From contig JARIGK010000001.1 in assembly GCA_029288895.1 (NCBI GenBank), positions 134,682 to 198,681 of the forward strand: DNA of 64,000 bases, read 5' to 3'. Below, one piece after another: positions 32,040 to 40,862 of the stretch. The notes under the pieces are model-generated. The model was not told the origin of the DNA and made no database searches. It saw nothing but the letters and a program-made list of their open reading frames with translations. Source of the stretch: Candidatus Adlerbacteria bacterium (GTDB lineage Bacteria > Patescibacteriota > Minisyncoccia > Phycocordibacterales > SBAW01). Positions within the stretch are counted from its first letter, which is position 1, and each line of letters starts with the position of its first letter. A program made the position numbers and the translations under genes.

Positions 32040-32435
32040 TTGAATGAAAAACCCATGCAGGACAAGGGTTTTCCACAGATACAAAATTGTACATATCCAA
32101 CCTCATCTGGTATACCCAATATAGACGCACACAAAAATGGAAAGGGTAGCGTAATGGTTCCATCAACTGCCTCTAAAGAGAATACTGAGCCACGGGCCAA
32201 TCGTCTCAGTATTGCGGACGCTAATCGTCCGCCGCGCAAACATGGCAGTCGATGTTGTCGCAAAGGTTGCAAAGGCACAATAGGCATTTACGTGCCGCAG
32301 TCCATTTTCGTTTGGACACGGCAATTTTGCTCTCGTGAATGTCGCGATATTCACGACAGTAAAATAGCGCGCCCTTTGTTCCTTCCCGCGTCGACAGCTA
32401 TGTTCCTCCTTCTCTCATCGTGCGTCTCGTCTTAG
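32040..32435 (+). CDS. Hypothetical Cys-rich protein
   Basis: Contains CCRKGCKGT...CSRECRD (possible zinc finger). Start uncertain (alternative ATG at 32154). A terminator follows. Confidence 0.3.
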   Translation: MNEKPMQDKGFPQIQNCTYPTSSGIPNIDAHKNGKGSVMVPSTASKENTEPRANRLSIADANRPPRKHGSRCCRKGCKGTIGIYVPQSIFVWTRQFCSRECRDIHDSKIARPLFLPASTAMFLLLSSCVSS

Positions 32436-32458
32436 GACGGGGCGCTTTTTTTATGTAA
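32430..32458 (+). terminator. Intrinsic terminator (with G-U wobbles)
   Basis: CGTCTCGTC TTAG GACGGGGCG followed by CTTTTTTT. Confidence 0.45.
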
Positions 32459-32465
32459 AGAAAAA

Positions 32466-32492
32466 GGCCGCGCTACATGCGCGGCCCAGAAC
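32466..32492 (-). terminator. Intrinsic terminator overlapping the stop codon of 32473..33189
   Basis: GGCCGCGC ATGTA GCGCGGCC with a T-run (TTTTTCTTTAC) on the minus strand. Confidence 0.6.
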
Positions 32493-33189
32493 TCCGTAGT
32501 TGAAACTCATCTTCTGGGAGAGGAAATATATCCTTCCAAAAAGGGAGTGGGTTATGCCCTGCAGGGTCACGTTTCGATTCAGGCTCCCATTCGCCGAAGA
32601 CTTCAACAGCGTCATCGTTAATGTAGAGCCTTTCATTCCATCGTGCCGGCCGTGCTTCCCGGTTCAAGATAAAACGAGTCGTCATCGTCGCGCGCCACAT
32701 GCCCAAATAGACGCTAGACTCATGGCGGTTGCGTGGGTCGGCGAAATCTCGAATTTCAGGCGTGCTGATTTGCACCAGCTCACCTCGGGCTACTTTTACC
32801 CGGCCTTCGCCCCACATGCCGCGGATGGCAGTCGTCTCGGCTGTTTCGCCGTAGATGCCGGTCTCGCTTGTGGTGCGAATGACCGCGTCTTCTCCCTCTC
32901 GTGTAGTTGGAATGATTCTGCCGGCAACGATGCGATAGTGTTCGATGAGCTCCATTCCGGCAACGCGCAGCAACACTTCGGATTTTTTCGAACAGCACAC
33001 GCAATTGCCGTTATCGAGACGGGCGAACTCAATCTCCCGTTTTTGATTAATGGCCTTTGCCAAGTTCGCCAATTTGCGCGGACTACTTCGCTCAAACTCC
33101 TCGAGGTCAAAAGGCTTCCCGTCGAATGTTGTGCATCCAACCAGAAAGACTCGCAGATCTTTAATGGAATCGAATGTATAGAACTTCAC
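32473..33189 (-). CDS. Hypothetical protein (downstream of the second hybrid kinase)
   Basis: 238 aa, soluble, with CVCC and several conserved-looking Arg/Trp residues. Confidence 0.4.
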   Translation of the reverse strand: MKFYTFDSIKDLRVFLVGCTTFDGKPFDLEEFERSSPRKLANLAKAINQKREIEFARLDNGNCVCCSKKSEVLLRVAGMELIEHYRIVAGRIIPTTREGEDAVIRTTSETGIYGETAETTAIRGMWGEGRVKVARGELVQISTPEIRDFADPRNRHESSVYLGMWRATMTTRFILNREARPARWNERLYINDDAVEVFGEWEPESKRDPAGHNPLPFWKDIFPLPEDEFQLRSSGPRM

Positions 33190-33291
33190 TTGGGCCTCCT
33201 AAAACGTTGCGTAGTAGGATAACCCCCCGGACTCTGTACCCACACTATCGTTTTTTAAAGAAAAAGTGAAGCTCAGCAGTAGATGAAGGAT

Positions 33292-35352
33292 TTATCCTTG
33301 CACACGGCCCAGCGCCGTTTGAAGATCGCTGAGGCTAATAGGCTTAACGAGGTATTGGTCGAACCATTCGCGCGCATCCATGCGTCGCGAATCGCCCAGC
33401 CCATAGCCCGTCAGTGCGATAAGAGTGCCGCGATAGTTCTGGCCTCGCAGCATGCGCGCCACGTCGTAGCCGTCCTGGTCGGGGAGGCCGATATCCAAGA
33501 AGATGAGGTCGGGCGAAATGCTGCGTGCTTTGGCGAGACCCTGCGCACCATCGTAGGCGTACTGCACGCGTGCACCGTGGAGTTCGAGCAGGCGCCCAAT
33601 GCCGGCCGCCGCGGCATCATTGTCGTCGATAATAAGGACAAGCGGTTGTTTTGATTTGGGTTGGGACCCTGGCGTGCGGATATCCGTGGCGCGCGCCTCG
33701 CGTTTTGGAAGCATCGTGTTGCCCGAGCGCATCAGCGGTATAGTCACTACAAAGCGGCTGCCGAGCCCGGCGCCATCGCTGTATGCCTCGATGGTGCCGC
33801 CGTGGAGTTCGACGAAGTTGCGTACGAGTGTAAGCCCAATGCCGAGACCTTTTTTATTGCGCGCATCTTGCTCGACCTGGTGGAAGGGGAGGAAGATGGT
33901 CTCAAGTTCGTTCGGGCGAATACCAATGCCGCGGTCGGACACTTCGATGCTTGCATTGTGGCCCTCTTCGCGCATCGAAAGCGTAATTGTTGTACCCGAT
34001 GGCGAGTATTTCGACGCGTTCGTCAGCAAGTTGGAAAACACTTGCTCCAAACGCACTGCGTCGCCAAGCACATGGAGTTGCTGTTTTGGCATATTCAACA
34101 CCAAACGCTGATGCAATTCTTTGCGGTGATGTTCGGTCGAAAGCACAGCGCGTTTCAGTACGACATCGAGCGATACCTGTTCGCGCTTCAAATCGACTTT
34201 GCCTTCCGAAATGCGGGAGATGTCGAGGAGGTCGTCGAGCAGGCGGCGGATAGTGTCCATCCGGTTTTCCATCATGGTAAGCAATTCGGTATCTTCTGCG
34301 TCGCGGCCGCCTTTTAATTTCATCAAATCGATGGATGAAATAACAGGCGCCAGCGGGTTGCGCAATTCGTGCGACAAAATGGCAATAAAATCATTTTTTG
34401 CTTTCGACTCTGAACTTTCGCGCGCCACAGCGTTGCGAAGTGTTGCCAACTGCGAGTGCATGATGTTGGTGTTGACGCGGCGATCTTCTTCAAGCGAGGT
34501 GATGATAAAAAAGAGCAGCGTGAGCATGATCAGCAACAGTTCTGTCTGGAATAGGTAGTCGACAACTAGGGGGGCTGGCGAATACAGTGCAACGCTCGTA
34601 ATGGCAAAGCATGAGGTGAGTAGCAGTGCGAGCGTAATAAATCGCGGCCGCATTTTAAGTGCGATGTAGAAGAGGGGTGCCATCAAAAAATATACCGTCG
34701 GAATGCCGCCAAGCGTCCCCATTTGGCGGACAAACAGCAAGTAGTCGAGCCCAAGCAGCGCCACGAAGACAAGTACGAGCTCGACCATTTCGCCAGCGTT
34801 GCGCGAAAAGCGCGGCTTGGCCAACCAGCGCAGCAAGAACGGCGTCATGATAAGGAAGCAGAAGAGTGTCGCGACATAGGAATGCTCCCACGTAAGCCCT
34901 AAATCGGAGAGGCCGCGATATGCGCGCACCAAAAGTCCGAGCGTTGGCGAAATAAGAGAGATGCACACTGCTGTTGCCATAAAGAAGAACGTGTCGCGAT
35001 ACCGTCGGAAGAGCGGGTCGATGCGTGCCTCAAGCAAGAGCCATGCACCCGCCAACCCTTGCAACACTTCAAATATCGGCAAGAAAATAATTGAAAGGAG
35101 AGAGCCGCCTGTCGCGATGTTTGCGACAAGCGCCGAAAGGTAGACGACGGGCCATAGGCGCGTACCGGCGAAGTAGAGTGCGGCCAGTGCGATGCCCGAT
35201 GCCGGGTTAAAGCGGGCCATGGGTGGAAGCACGACGCGAGCAAGCGCAAAGACAGCAACATAGAACACAAACAGGGCTGCTGCCGCGCGCCATTCGCGGA
35301 TACTATAGACTCCCGCTAATGCCCGGAGGCGTTTATTCATTGCTTCTACCAT
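33292..35352 (-). CDS. Hybrid sensor histidine kinase/response regulator, paralog of 28257..30326
   Basis: Same architecture as the first hybrid HK: multi-TM sensor, H-box LSHELRNPL, HATPase_c, and a C-terminal REC (LVLIIDDNDAAA...DIGLPDQDG). Confidence 0.85.
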   Translation of the reverse strand: MVEAMNKRLRALAGVYSIREWRAAAALFVFYVAVFALARVVLPPMARFNPASGIALAALYFAGTRLWPVVYLSALVANIATGGSLLSIIFLPIFEVLQGLAGAWLLLEARIDPLFRRYRDTFFFMATAVCISLISPTLGLLVRAYRGLSDLGLTWEHSYVATLFCFLIMTPFLLRWLAKPRFSRNAGEMVELVLVFVALLGLDYLLFVRQMGTLGGIPTVYFLMAPLFYIALKMRPRFITLALLLTSCFAITSVALYSPAPLVVDYLFQTELLLIMLTLLFFIITSLEEDRRVNTNIMHSQLATLRNAVARESSESKAKNDFIAILSHELRNPLAPVISSIDLMKLKGGRDAEDTELLTMMENRMDTIRRLLDDLLDISRISEGKVDLKREQVSLDVVLKRAVLSTEHHRKELHQRLVLNMPKQQLHVLGDAVRLEQVFSNLLTNASKYSPSGTTITLSMREEGHNASIEVSDRGIGIRPNELETIFLPFHQVEQDARNKKGLGIGLTLVRNFVELHGGTIEAYSDGAGLGSRFVVTIPLMRSGNTMLPKREARATDIRTPGSQPKSKQPLVLIIDDNDAAAAGIGRLLELHGARVQYAYDGAQGLAKARSISPDLIFLDIGLPDQDGYDVARMLRGQNYRGTLIALTGYGLGDSRRMDAREWFDQYLVKPISLSDLQTALGRVQG

Positions 35353-35379
35353 AGCTCTATCGTAGAAAAATGCAAAAGA

Positions 35380-35410
35380 CTCGGGGTCGCACGATGTGCA
35401 ATACCCCGAG
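35380..35410 (-). terminator. Putative intrinsic terminator between the surface-protein genes and the hybrid kinase
   Basis: CTCGGGGT - 15 nt loop - ACCCCGAG, with TCTTTTGCATTTTTCT on the minus strand. Confidence 0.4.
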
Positions 35411-35431
35411 CCGTTTGCAGATTACCTGCTG

Positions 35432-35971
35432 TTATGCGGATGTTCGTTTGAGGAGATAGCCCGCGCTCCCAAGAACCGCTACCCCAGAAAGGATGAGCGA
35501 AATGATAGTGGGGAGTGGGTCACCGCCCTCGCCCGTGTTTGGGACCCCAGGAATGGCTGTGGTCGATGTGCCCAATACTACGCCGCCCGAGCCCGAGGAG
35601 CCGCCTGTGGTGCTTGGCGTATTGGTGATGATGCCACCACCACCGCCCCCGCCACCGCCGCCAGACGAGCTACTGCCGCCGCCTGAACTTGGTGAGCTAA
35701 CGACGCTGCCGCCAAGCGAGCCTCCAGGTGAGGATGTTACCGTGCCGCCAAGCGAGCCGCCCGATGACGTTGCGACGCTACCGCTAAGGCTGGAACCCGT
35801 CGTGCTTGCGCTTGGGGTGCTCGTTGTTGTTGTCGATGTCGTCGTCGTTGACGTGGACCCTCCCGCACTCAAGGTGCCGGTGATCTCGGAGGCGCTTGCG
35901 ACGCTCGCCATACTTCCTGCGATGAGCAGTGCGGAGAGAATTCGTGCTGTGCTCTTAGTCATGAGATGCAT
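35432..35971 (-). CDS. Secreted Ser/Thr/Gly-rich protein with a C-terminal sortase-type sorting signal (VPNTG + TM + KRTSA)
   Basis: Signal peptide. Low-complexity T/S/G tracts including G12. C-terminus is AIPGVPNTGEGGDPLPTIISLILSGVAVLGSAGYLLKRTSA. Confidence 0.5.
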   Translation of the reverse strand: MHLMTKSTARILSALLIAGSMASVASASEITGTLSAGGSTSTTTTSTTTTSTPSASTTGSSLSGSVATSSGGSLGGTVTSSPGGSLGGSVVSSPSSGGGSSSSGGGGGGGGGGIITNTPSTTGGSSGSGGVVLGTSTTAIPGVPNTGEGGDPLPTIISLILSGVAVLGSAGYLLKRTSA

Positions 35972-35995
35972 TGCGTTTACTTGCTAATACGATTG

Positions 35996-37105
35996 TTAGA
36001 ACGGAGTTGTGGTCGACATTGCGCCGAAGGTTGTCGTGTAGTTGCCAGTTGGCGTACCAGACGGTACTGCTGCCTGGATGTAGACATCGATCTGGCGTCC
36101 CGGCGTTGTCGACGAGGTGTCACCGACGAGCATCATGTTGCCGCTGTAGTCGTTATTTGCCTCAAGCATCGAGGACGCGGTGGTCGATGCGTTCGATGAC
36201 TGTGGAGACCAGATGCGGATGTGATTTGCTGTCGCAAAGGTTGTCGACGAATTTGCCGTGTTGATGAAGTCGCCGAACTTCATAGCGAAGTTGCTTTCGG
36301 TGTCCGGAACAACGAGGTGGAGTATCCACTCCCACCCATGCTCAAACGTTCCATCTGCTGTGGCGCTCGTCTGCACGCTGTCGACACCTGTCACTGCAAG
36401 TGGAGTAGTTGATGTTGATGTCGTTGTTGTGCTCGTGCTCGAAGATACTGGTTGCACGTAGTAGGAGTTTGATGCCATGAGGCCACTCGTGCGGCCAGTT
36501 GCCGTGATCGCTGCCGGGCCCACTGCAAGTGACGGCACTGTCATGCTCTGTGTAAAGTTGCCGCTTGCGTCAGCAGAAACGGTCGTTGTTGCGCCGCCGA
36601 ACATAATGTCGACTTGCTCGGACGAATTGAAGTTTGTACCGAGCGCGTTGAACATGGAACCTGGTTCGCCGCTGTAGGAGCTCAGCGCCAAGAACGCGGT
36701 TGATGTTGCAGCCGGCGTGTAGCTGAAGGTCAGCATGTTGGATGCCACGTTGCCCGTCGATGATGCGGTCGACGACGAAACATCAGCACCGACCATAACC
36801 GTCACTGTGCCCGACGCCGTTGGCATCACGTTGAAGGTAAACGTCGTGCCGCTGCCCGACACTGTGCCAACGGTGGCATTAGTTGCCGTGATGTTCGCAC
36901 TGGTGAGGCCGTTTACCGCTTGCGAGAACGTTGCAGTGACGGGGATAGTCGTCGCTGACGTACTCGAGGAGACGGTCGAAGAAAGAACTACCGTTGGGCC
37001 GCCCGAGGCTGCCGACGAGAGGGATGCCAAACCTCCAAGTACTGCAACCGCCGCTATCATGGCGACTGCCATGCTTGAAAGTATCCCGATAGATTTTGCT
37101 TTCAT
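35996..37105 (-). CDS. Secreted S/T-rich surface protein (Ig-like repeats), hypothetical
   Basis: Signal peptide (MKAKSIGILSSMAVAMIAAVAVLGG); 369 aa rich in S/T/A/N. No C-terminal sorting signal. Confidence 0.45.
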   Translation of the reverse strand: MKAKSIGILSSMAVAMIAAVAVLGGLASLSSAASGGPTVVLSSTVSSSTSATTIPVTATFSQAVNGLTSANITATNATVGTVSGSGTTFTFNVMPTASGTVTVMVGADVSSSTASSTGNVASNMLTFSYTPAATSTAFLALSSYSGEPGSMFNALGTNFNSSEQVDIMFGGATTTVSADASGNFTQSMTVPSLAVGPAAITATGRTSGLMASNSYYVQPVSSSTSTTTTSTSTTPLAVTGVDSVQTSATADGTFEHGWEWILHLVVPDTESNFAMKFGDFINTANSSTTFATANHIRIWSPQSSNASTTASSMLEANNDYSGNMMLVGDTSSTTPGRQIDVYIQAAVPSGTPTGNYTTTFGAMSTTTPF

Positions 37106-37167
37106 ATAGTAATACCTAATACCTAGTTAATAAGTTTCGAACGAGGCTTCAGTAAAACAGGCGAGTA

Positions 37168-37205
37168 GTGAACGCTCGGTGAAAAGCCGCGTGAAGCACT
37201 TCACG
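37168..37205. promoter_or_regulatory. Direct-repeat array (GTGAA x3 at 11-12 bp spacing) ending in the 16-bp palindrome CGTGAAGCACTTCACG
   Basis: Lies in the divergent intergenic region between the surface-protein gene (start 37105) and the sortase gene (start 37238). Confidence 0.35.
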
Positions 37206-37237
37206 ATTGCTTTATAAAAAACCCGCACACTAGGTAT

Positions 37238-37840
37238 GTGTCAGCACGAATACCATATGGTGCAGCGATAGCCGTCATTGTTGTGGCGGCGTTCGTGTTT
37301 GTTTTTGTGTTGTGGCATGCAGTGTGGGGCGGCGGGGAGGAGAGCGATATCGTCCCGGCGAATATGCCTGCAGCGGTCCTTGCTGCGACAACCTCGATGC
37401 CTGCGCGTTTAGAAATACCCGTGCTGCATGTTGATGCGCGCGTGCAATACGTCGGTGTGACATCAAAAGGCACCATGGGTGTGCCGAGCAACTTTACCGA
37501 TGTTGCGTGGTACAAGTACGGCGCGGTGCCGGGGCAGGCGGGCAGCGCTGTCATGGACGGTCATGTTGATAACGCGCTGTCGTTGCCAGGGGTGTTTAAA
37601 CATTTGGCCGATATCCATGTCGGCGATGATCTCTATGTTCAAACGAATGATGGCAGCACACTGCACTTCCGTGTGTACGATGTCGAGACGTACCCGTACG
37701 ACCAGGTGCCGATGCAAACCGTGTTTGCACAAACGCGCGATGCGCACCTCACGCTTATCACGTGCGGCGGTACCTGGGTGCAAAGCAAAAAAACGTACGA
37801 CCATCGCGTGGTGGTGTACTCGGCATTGGTGGGGAGTTAA
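37238..37840 (+). CDS. Sortase (class E/F-like transpeptidase)
   Basis: N-terminal TM anchor, LEIPVLHVDARV, catalytic His (MDGHVDN), TLxTC (LTLITCGG), and Arg (RVVVYSAL). GTG start. Confidence 0.8.
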   Translation: MSARIPYGAAIAVIVVAAFVFVFVLWHAVWGGGEESDIVPANMPAAVLAATTSMPARLEIPVLHVDARVQYVGVTSKGTMGVPSNFTDVAWYKYGAVPGQAGSAVMDGHVDNALSLPGVFKHLADIHVGDDLYVQTNDGSTLHFRVYDVETYPYDQVPMQTVFAQTRDAHLTLITCGGTWVQSKKTYDHRVVVYSALVGS

Positions 37841-38376
37841 CGGCGCGCGAGCGAGGATTGTTGCGTACCAAAAAATTCGACGATGATGGTTGTTTGTTTG
37901 CCTTGGTAGATTCCGCGTGCGATGCCGATACCCATATCTTTGTACTTCGCGTTGATGATATTTGCGCGGTGCGTTGGCGAATTCATCCATGCCATTTCGA
38001 CACTCGCGGCGTCAGAAAAATCCATCGCTAAATTTTCTGCGGCATAGAGGTATGTGTAGCCATTTTGTATAAACCATTTCCATGGCGCCTGGCCCTCGGG
38101 GGATGTGTGCGAGAAATACTGGCGGGCGAGCATATCGTCGGCGCGTTTTTGTGCAGCCTGGTCGAGCAGCGCATTATCTTTCACGGCGCCGATGTGCTGC
38201 GAAGCACGGTCAGTATTGGTGAGTGTAATAATTTGGCTGGCGAGCGCTGTGTCTAGAGGAGGCCGTGTTTGTACCTGCGCAAGTACAGGGATTGGCCCTG
38301 CAGTAAAAAATGCGAGAGCGAAAAGAAAGGTCGAGAAAGAGGAGAGTGTGCGCGAATACATGAGAGTACTCATCAA
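37837..38376 (-). CDS. CAP/SCP/PR-1-like secreted protein
   Basis: Signal peptide. NTDRASQHIGAVKDNALLDQAAQKRADDMLARQYFSHTSPEG...HRANIINAKYKDMGIGIARG is the typical CAP-domain pattern. Confidence 0.7.
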   Translation of the reverse strand: MMSTLMYSRTLSSFSTFLFALAFFTAGPIPVLAQVQTRPPLDTALASQIITLTNTDRASQHIGAVKDNALLDQAAQKRADDMLARQYFSHTSPEGQAPWKWFIQNGYTYLYAAENLAMDFSDAASVEMAWMNSPTHRANIINAKYKDMGIGIARGIYQGKQTTIIVEFFGTQQSSLARR

Positions 38377-38439
38377 TTGTAGATGAGTTCATACTCAATT
38401 CATATTCACATCGATGAAGAGGTCAGCTAGATGAAGAGC

Positions 38440-38967
38440 CTAGCGAAAGATTTTTTTCGAGAGCCACACAAAAGCAGCGCCAGTAAGAATGCCAAGTACT
38501 ATGCCGCCGAGGATATCAGACGGGTAGTGCACACCTGCGGCAACGCGCGCGGCACCGATAAGGAGGCCTGTTGCCATGAGCGCCCACCCAAACTTTTTAT
38601 TGAAGTGAAGAATGACCGTTGCGAGCGCGAACATAAATATGGTGTGGCCCGATGGAAAGGAATACGCCGAGTCCGCCACCAGATGGGGGATGTTGAGTGC
38701 AGAAAATGGACGTGCGCGGTGCCAGAAGTGGCGTATGAGGGATGCAATGCCGTAGCGTGCAACGAGCGCTGCCACAAGTGCAAGGCAATAGCCCATGACA
38801 TGTTCGCGTTCGCCTTTCTTCCACGCGAGTGCGAATGCTGCCACTACGCCAAGCAGCACAGCGTAGATGAGATATTCGGCGCAGACGATGATCGCCGTAT
38901 CAAGAAGCGCGCTCTGTCCTGCGAGGTTGTGGAGTGCGTAGAAGAGTGAGAGGTCGAGTTGCTGCAT
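38440..38967 (-). CDS. PAP2-family phosphatase (undecaprenyl-diphosphatase-like)
   Basis: KX6RP (HRARPF), PSGH, and SRX5HX3D-like (GVHYPSD) motifs; 4-5 TM helices. Confidence 0.75.
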   Translation of the reverse strand: MQQLDLSLFYALHNLAGQSALLDTAIIVCAEYLIYAVLLGVVAAFALAWKKGEREHVMGYCLALVAALVARYGIASLIRHFWHRARPFSALNIPHLVADSAYSFPSGHTIFMFALATVILHFNKKFGWALMATGLLIGAARVAAGVHYPSDILGGIVLGILTGAAFVWLSKKIFR

Positions 38968-38973
38968 ATGTCG

Positions 38974-39369
38974 TTAGTGGAAGTACCCGAGGATCGCGGC
39001 ACCCGCGATAATCGTGATGAGGCTGCTGAAGATGCCAAGCCAGAATACGGTCATTTTGCCGCCCCAGAGTGCGTCACCCAATTTCATCGGGGCGATAAAG
39101 CCAACCCATGCCCAGACACCAATAGCAATGGCATTGAGAGGCGAGAGGCCTTGCGTTGCGCGCGCAAGCACATAGAACATCACCAAGCTTGCGATAAATT
39201 GCCAGATGTAGCTTGTGGCCATAGCCTTCTGCATCTGTTTTTTTTCTGCGGTACTCTTGTTTTCCCAACCCATGGCGCGAATATAGACTTTGCCAAAGAG
39301 CGGGCCGTACCAGAGAGCGCCTATAACCATGGAAGCGACCGCAGCCGCCAGAATCGCGATGTAGTTCAT
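38974..39369 (-). CDS. DUF1761-family membrane protein
   Basis: ALWYGPLFGK N-terminal signature; 131 aa with four TM helices. Confidence 0.5.
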   Translation of the reverse strand: MNYIAILAAAVASMVIGALWYGPLFGKVYIRAMGWENKSTAEKKQMQKAMATSYIWQFIASLVMFYVLARATQGLSPLNAIAIGVWAWVGFIAPMKLGDALWGGKMTVFWLGIFSSLITIIAGAAILGYFH

Positions 39370-39373
39370 ATAG

Positions 39374-39856
39374 TTATGCTAGCACGGGGCTGCACGAATT
39401 GCAGAGGCAGCCTTTTGGCTTGATAAATTCGTCAAAATACTCGGTATCGTAGTCGTAGGTGAGCTCCTCGCCGGGCTTAATAGTTCGCTTTGCGAAGATA
39501 AAGACGCGTTTGTTTTTAATGTCGATTTCGCAGTTGGGTTTGCAGGCATGGTTCACATACTTGGCGATGTTGCCCGGCACGTTGCCATCGATCATCGAGT
39601 GTTTGCCCGTCTCGAAAAAGTACTTGCCACTTTTGTTGTGCTGCTCCCAGTCGTTGAGTGCGCGGCCAGTGTATTCGAGTATGCAGGCACCTTTCGGGAT
39701 TTTTTCTTCAGCAAATACGCCCTTTCCGGTGCGTGATTTTCCAACGCGCACCTTAAAATCCCCCGGCGTAAATCTCTTCGGTAATTTTTTCATCCAAACA
39801 GTATACATCTTAAGTAAATCTTCATAATTCGACTGATACCCTTCTTTATACATCAA
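39374..39856 (-). CDS. SET-domain protein lysine methyltransferase
   Basis: GKGVFA...IPKGACILEYTG...NHACKPNC...IFAKRTIKPGEELTYDY, plus a post-SET CLCNSC. Confidence 0.8.
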   Translation of the reverse strand: MMYKEGYQSNYEDLLKMYTVWMKKLPKRFTPGDFKVRVGKSRTGKGVFAEEKIPKGACILEYTGRALNDWEQHNKSGKYFFETGKHSMIDGNVPGNIAKYVNHACKPNCEIDIKNKRVFIFAKRTIKPGEELTYDYDTEYFDEFIKPKGCLCNSCSPVLA

Positions 39857-39894
39857 TCGGTTATCACACCGGTCGAAGCGGGGAGTTCTTTCTA

Positions 39895-40767
39895 ATGCAG
39901 AATAACGGGCAGGGTTCGAACGTCTATCACACGATGTCGTTCGGGGGGCTGTATCCCATAGCTAACGAATTGCTCGGGATGAGCGTATTGTTCGCCTCCT
40001 GGCAGTCGACAATAATACGCATGCACAAAAAAGACGGGACACCAGTCTCGAATGCCGACAAAAACATCCAACGGTTCGTAAAGAACTGTTTGCTAACCGC
40101 GTATCCCGAGATACCGGTCTGCGGCGAGGAAGATGATTGCTTGCCGTCGCGCATGGTACGTGCAGGGACACATTGGTCCGTCGACCCTATCGACGGTACG
40201 CGCTACTACGAGGCAAAGAAGGATGAGTGGTGTATTTCCATCGCACTTATTGTTGCTGGCGTTCCATATGCGGGCATAATCATCCAGCCAAGTCTTCGCG
40301 AATGTTTTATCGGCATCCGCGGTAAAGGTGTGCAGTCGCGTTCGCACGAGACGGCGTGGGTAGCACACAGCAAAATGCTATGGGCGGATGTAAGTACGCC
40401 CATGCTGATTGTGCCGACGTCGCAGTCGGTGTTTCGAAACCAGTCATATGTGGAGCAAGCTGGCCGTCTGACGCTTGCGTACGAAAATACCTTTAGCGCG
40501 CCGTCAGTGTCGGCGGGTCTCGAAATTGTGCGCGGGCGTGCGTGGGGGTGGGCGAGCCTCTTTGAGCCGTGGCACTGGGACATCGCCGCAAGCTACATCT
40601 TGGTGAAGGAGATTGGCGGAGCAGCCCTATGTGCAAACGGCCAGGAGATCCCATGGCACAAGGACCGTATGCCGCCAGTTGTTTTCGCTCGGACACAGAA
40701 AGAGGCAGAAGAAATCTGTAGCGTTCTTCGGGGCGAGCACATTCAATCACGACAGGCCGTCTCATAA
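39895..40767 (+). CDS. Inositol monophosphatase / CysQ-like family protein
   Basis: WSVDPIDGT metal-binding motif and an ...EE.D... upstream motif; 290 aa. Confidence 0.65.
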   Translation: MQNNGQGSNVYHTMSFGGLYPIANELLGMSVLFASWQSTIIRMHKKDGTPVSNADKNIQRFVKNCLLTAYPEIPVCGEEDDCLPSRMVRAGTHWSVDPIDGTRYYEAKKDEWCISIALIVAGVPYAGIIIQPSLRECFIGIRGKGVQSRSHETAWVAHSKMLWADVSTPMLIVPTSQSVFRNQSYVEQAGRLTLAYENTFSAPSVSAGLEIVRGRAWGWASLFEPWHWDIAASYILVKEIGGAALCANGQEIPWHKDRMPPVVFARTQKEAEEICSVLRGEHIQSRQAVS

Positions 40768-40862
40768 GACGGCCTTTTTCTTTGCATATACAAGAGAAAA
40801 GCGTAGGATGGCACACAGACGCGGTTACGCCGCCCGTTCTTACTCTTGTGGAGGACTATGCA

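Noticed and set aside
35560-35720. A short-period nucleotide repeat (CCGCCACC / GGTGGCGG-like). Could it be a CRISPR array or a VNTR?
   Set aside because: It is the coding sequence of the Gly/Ser/Thr low-complexity tract (G12, SSGGG) of the VPNTG protein. There are no spacer-like unique segments.
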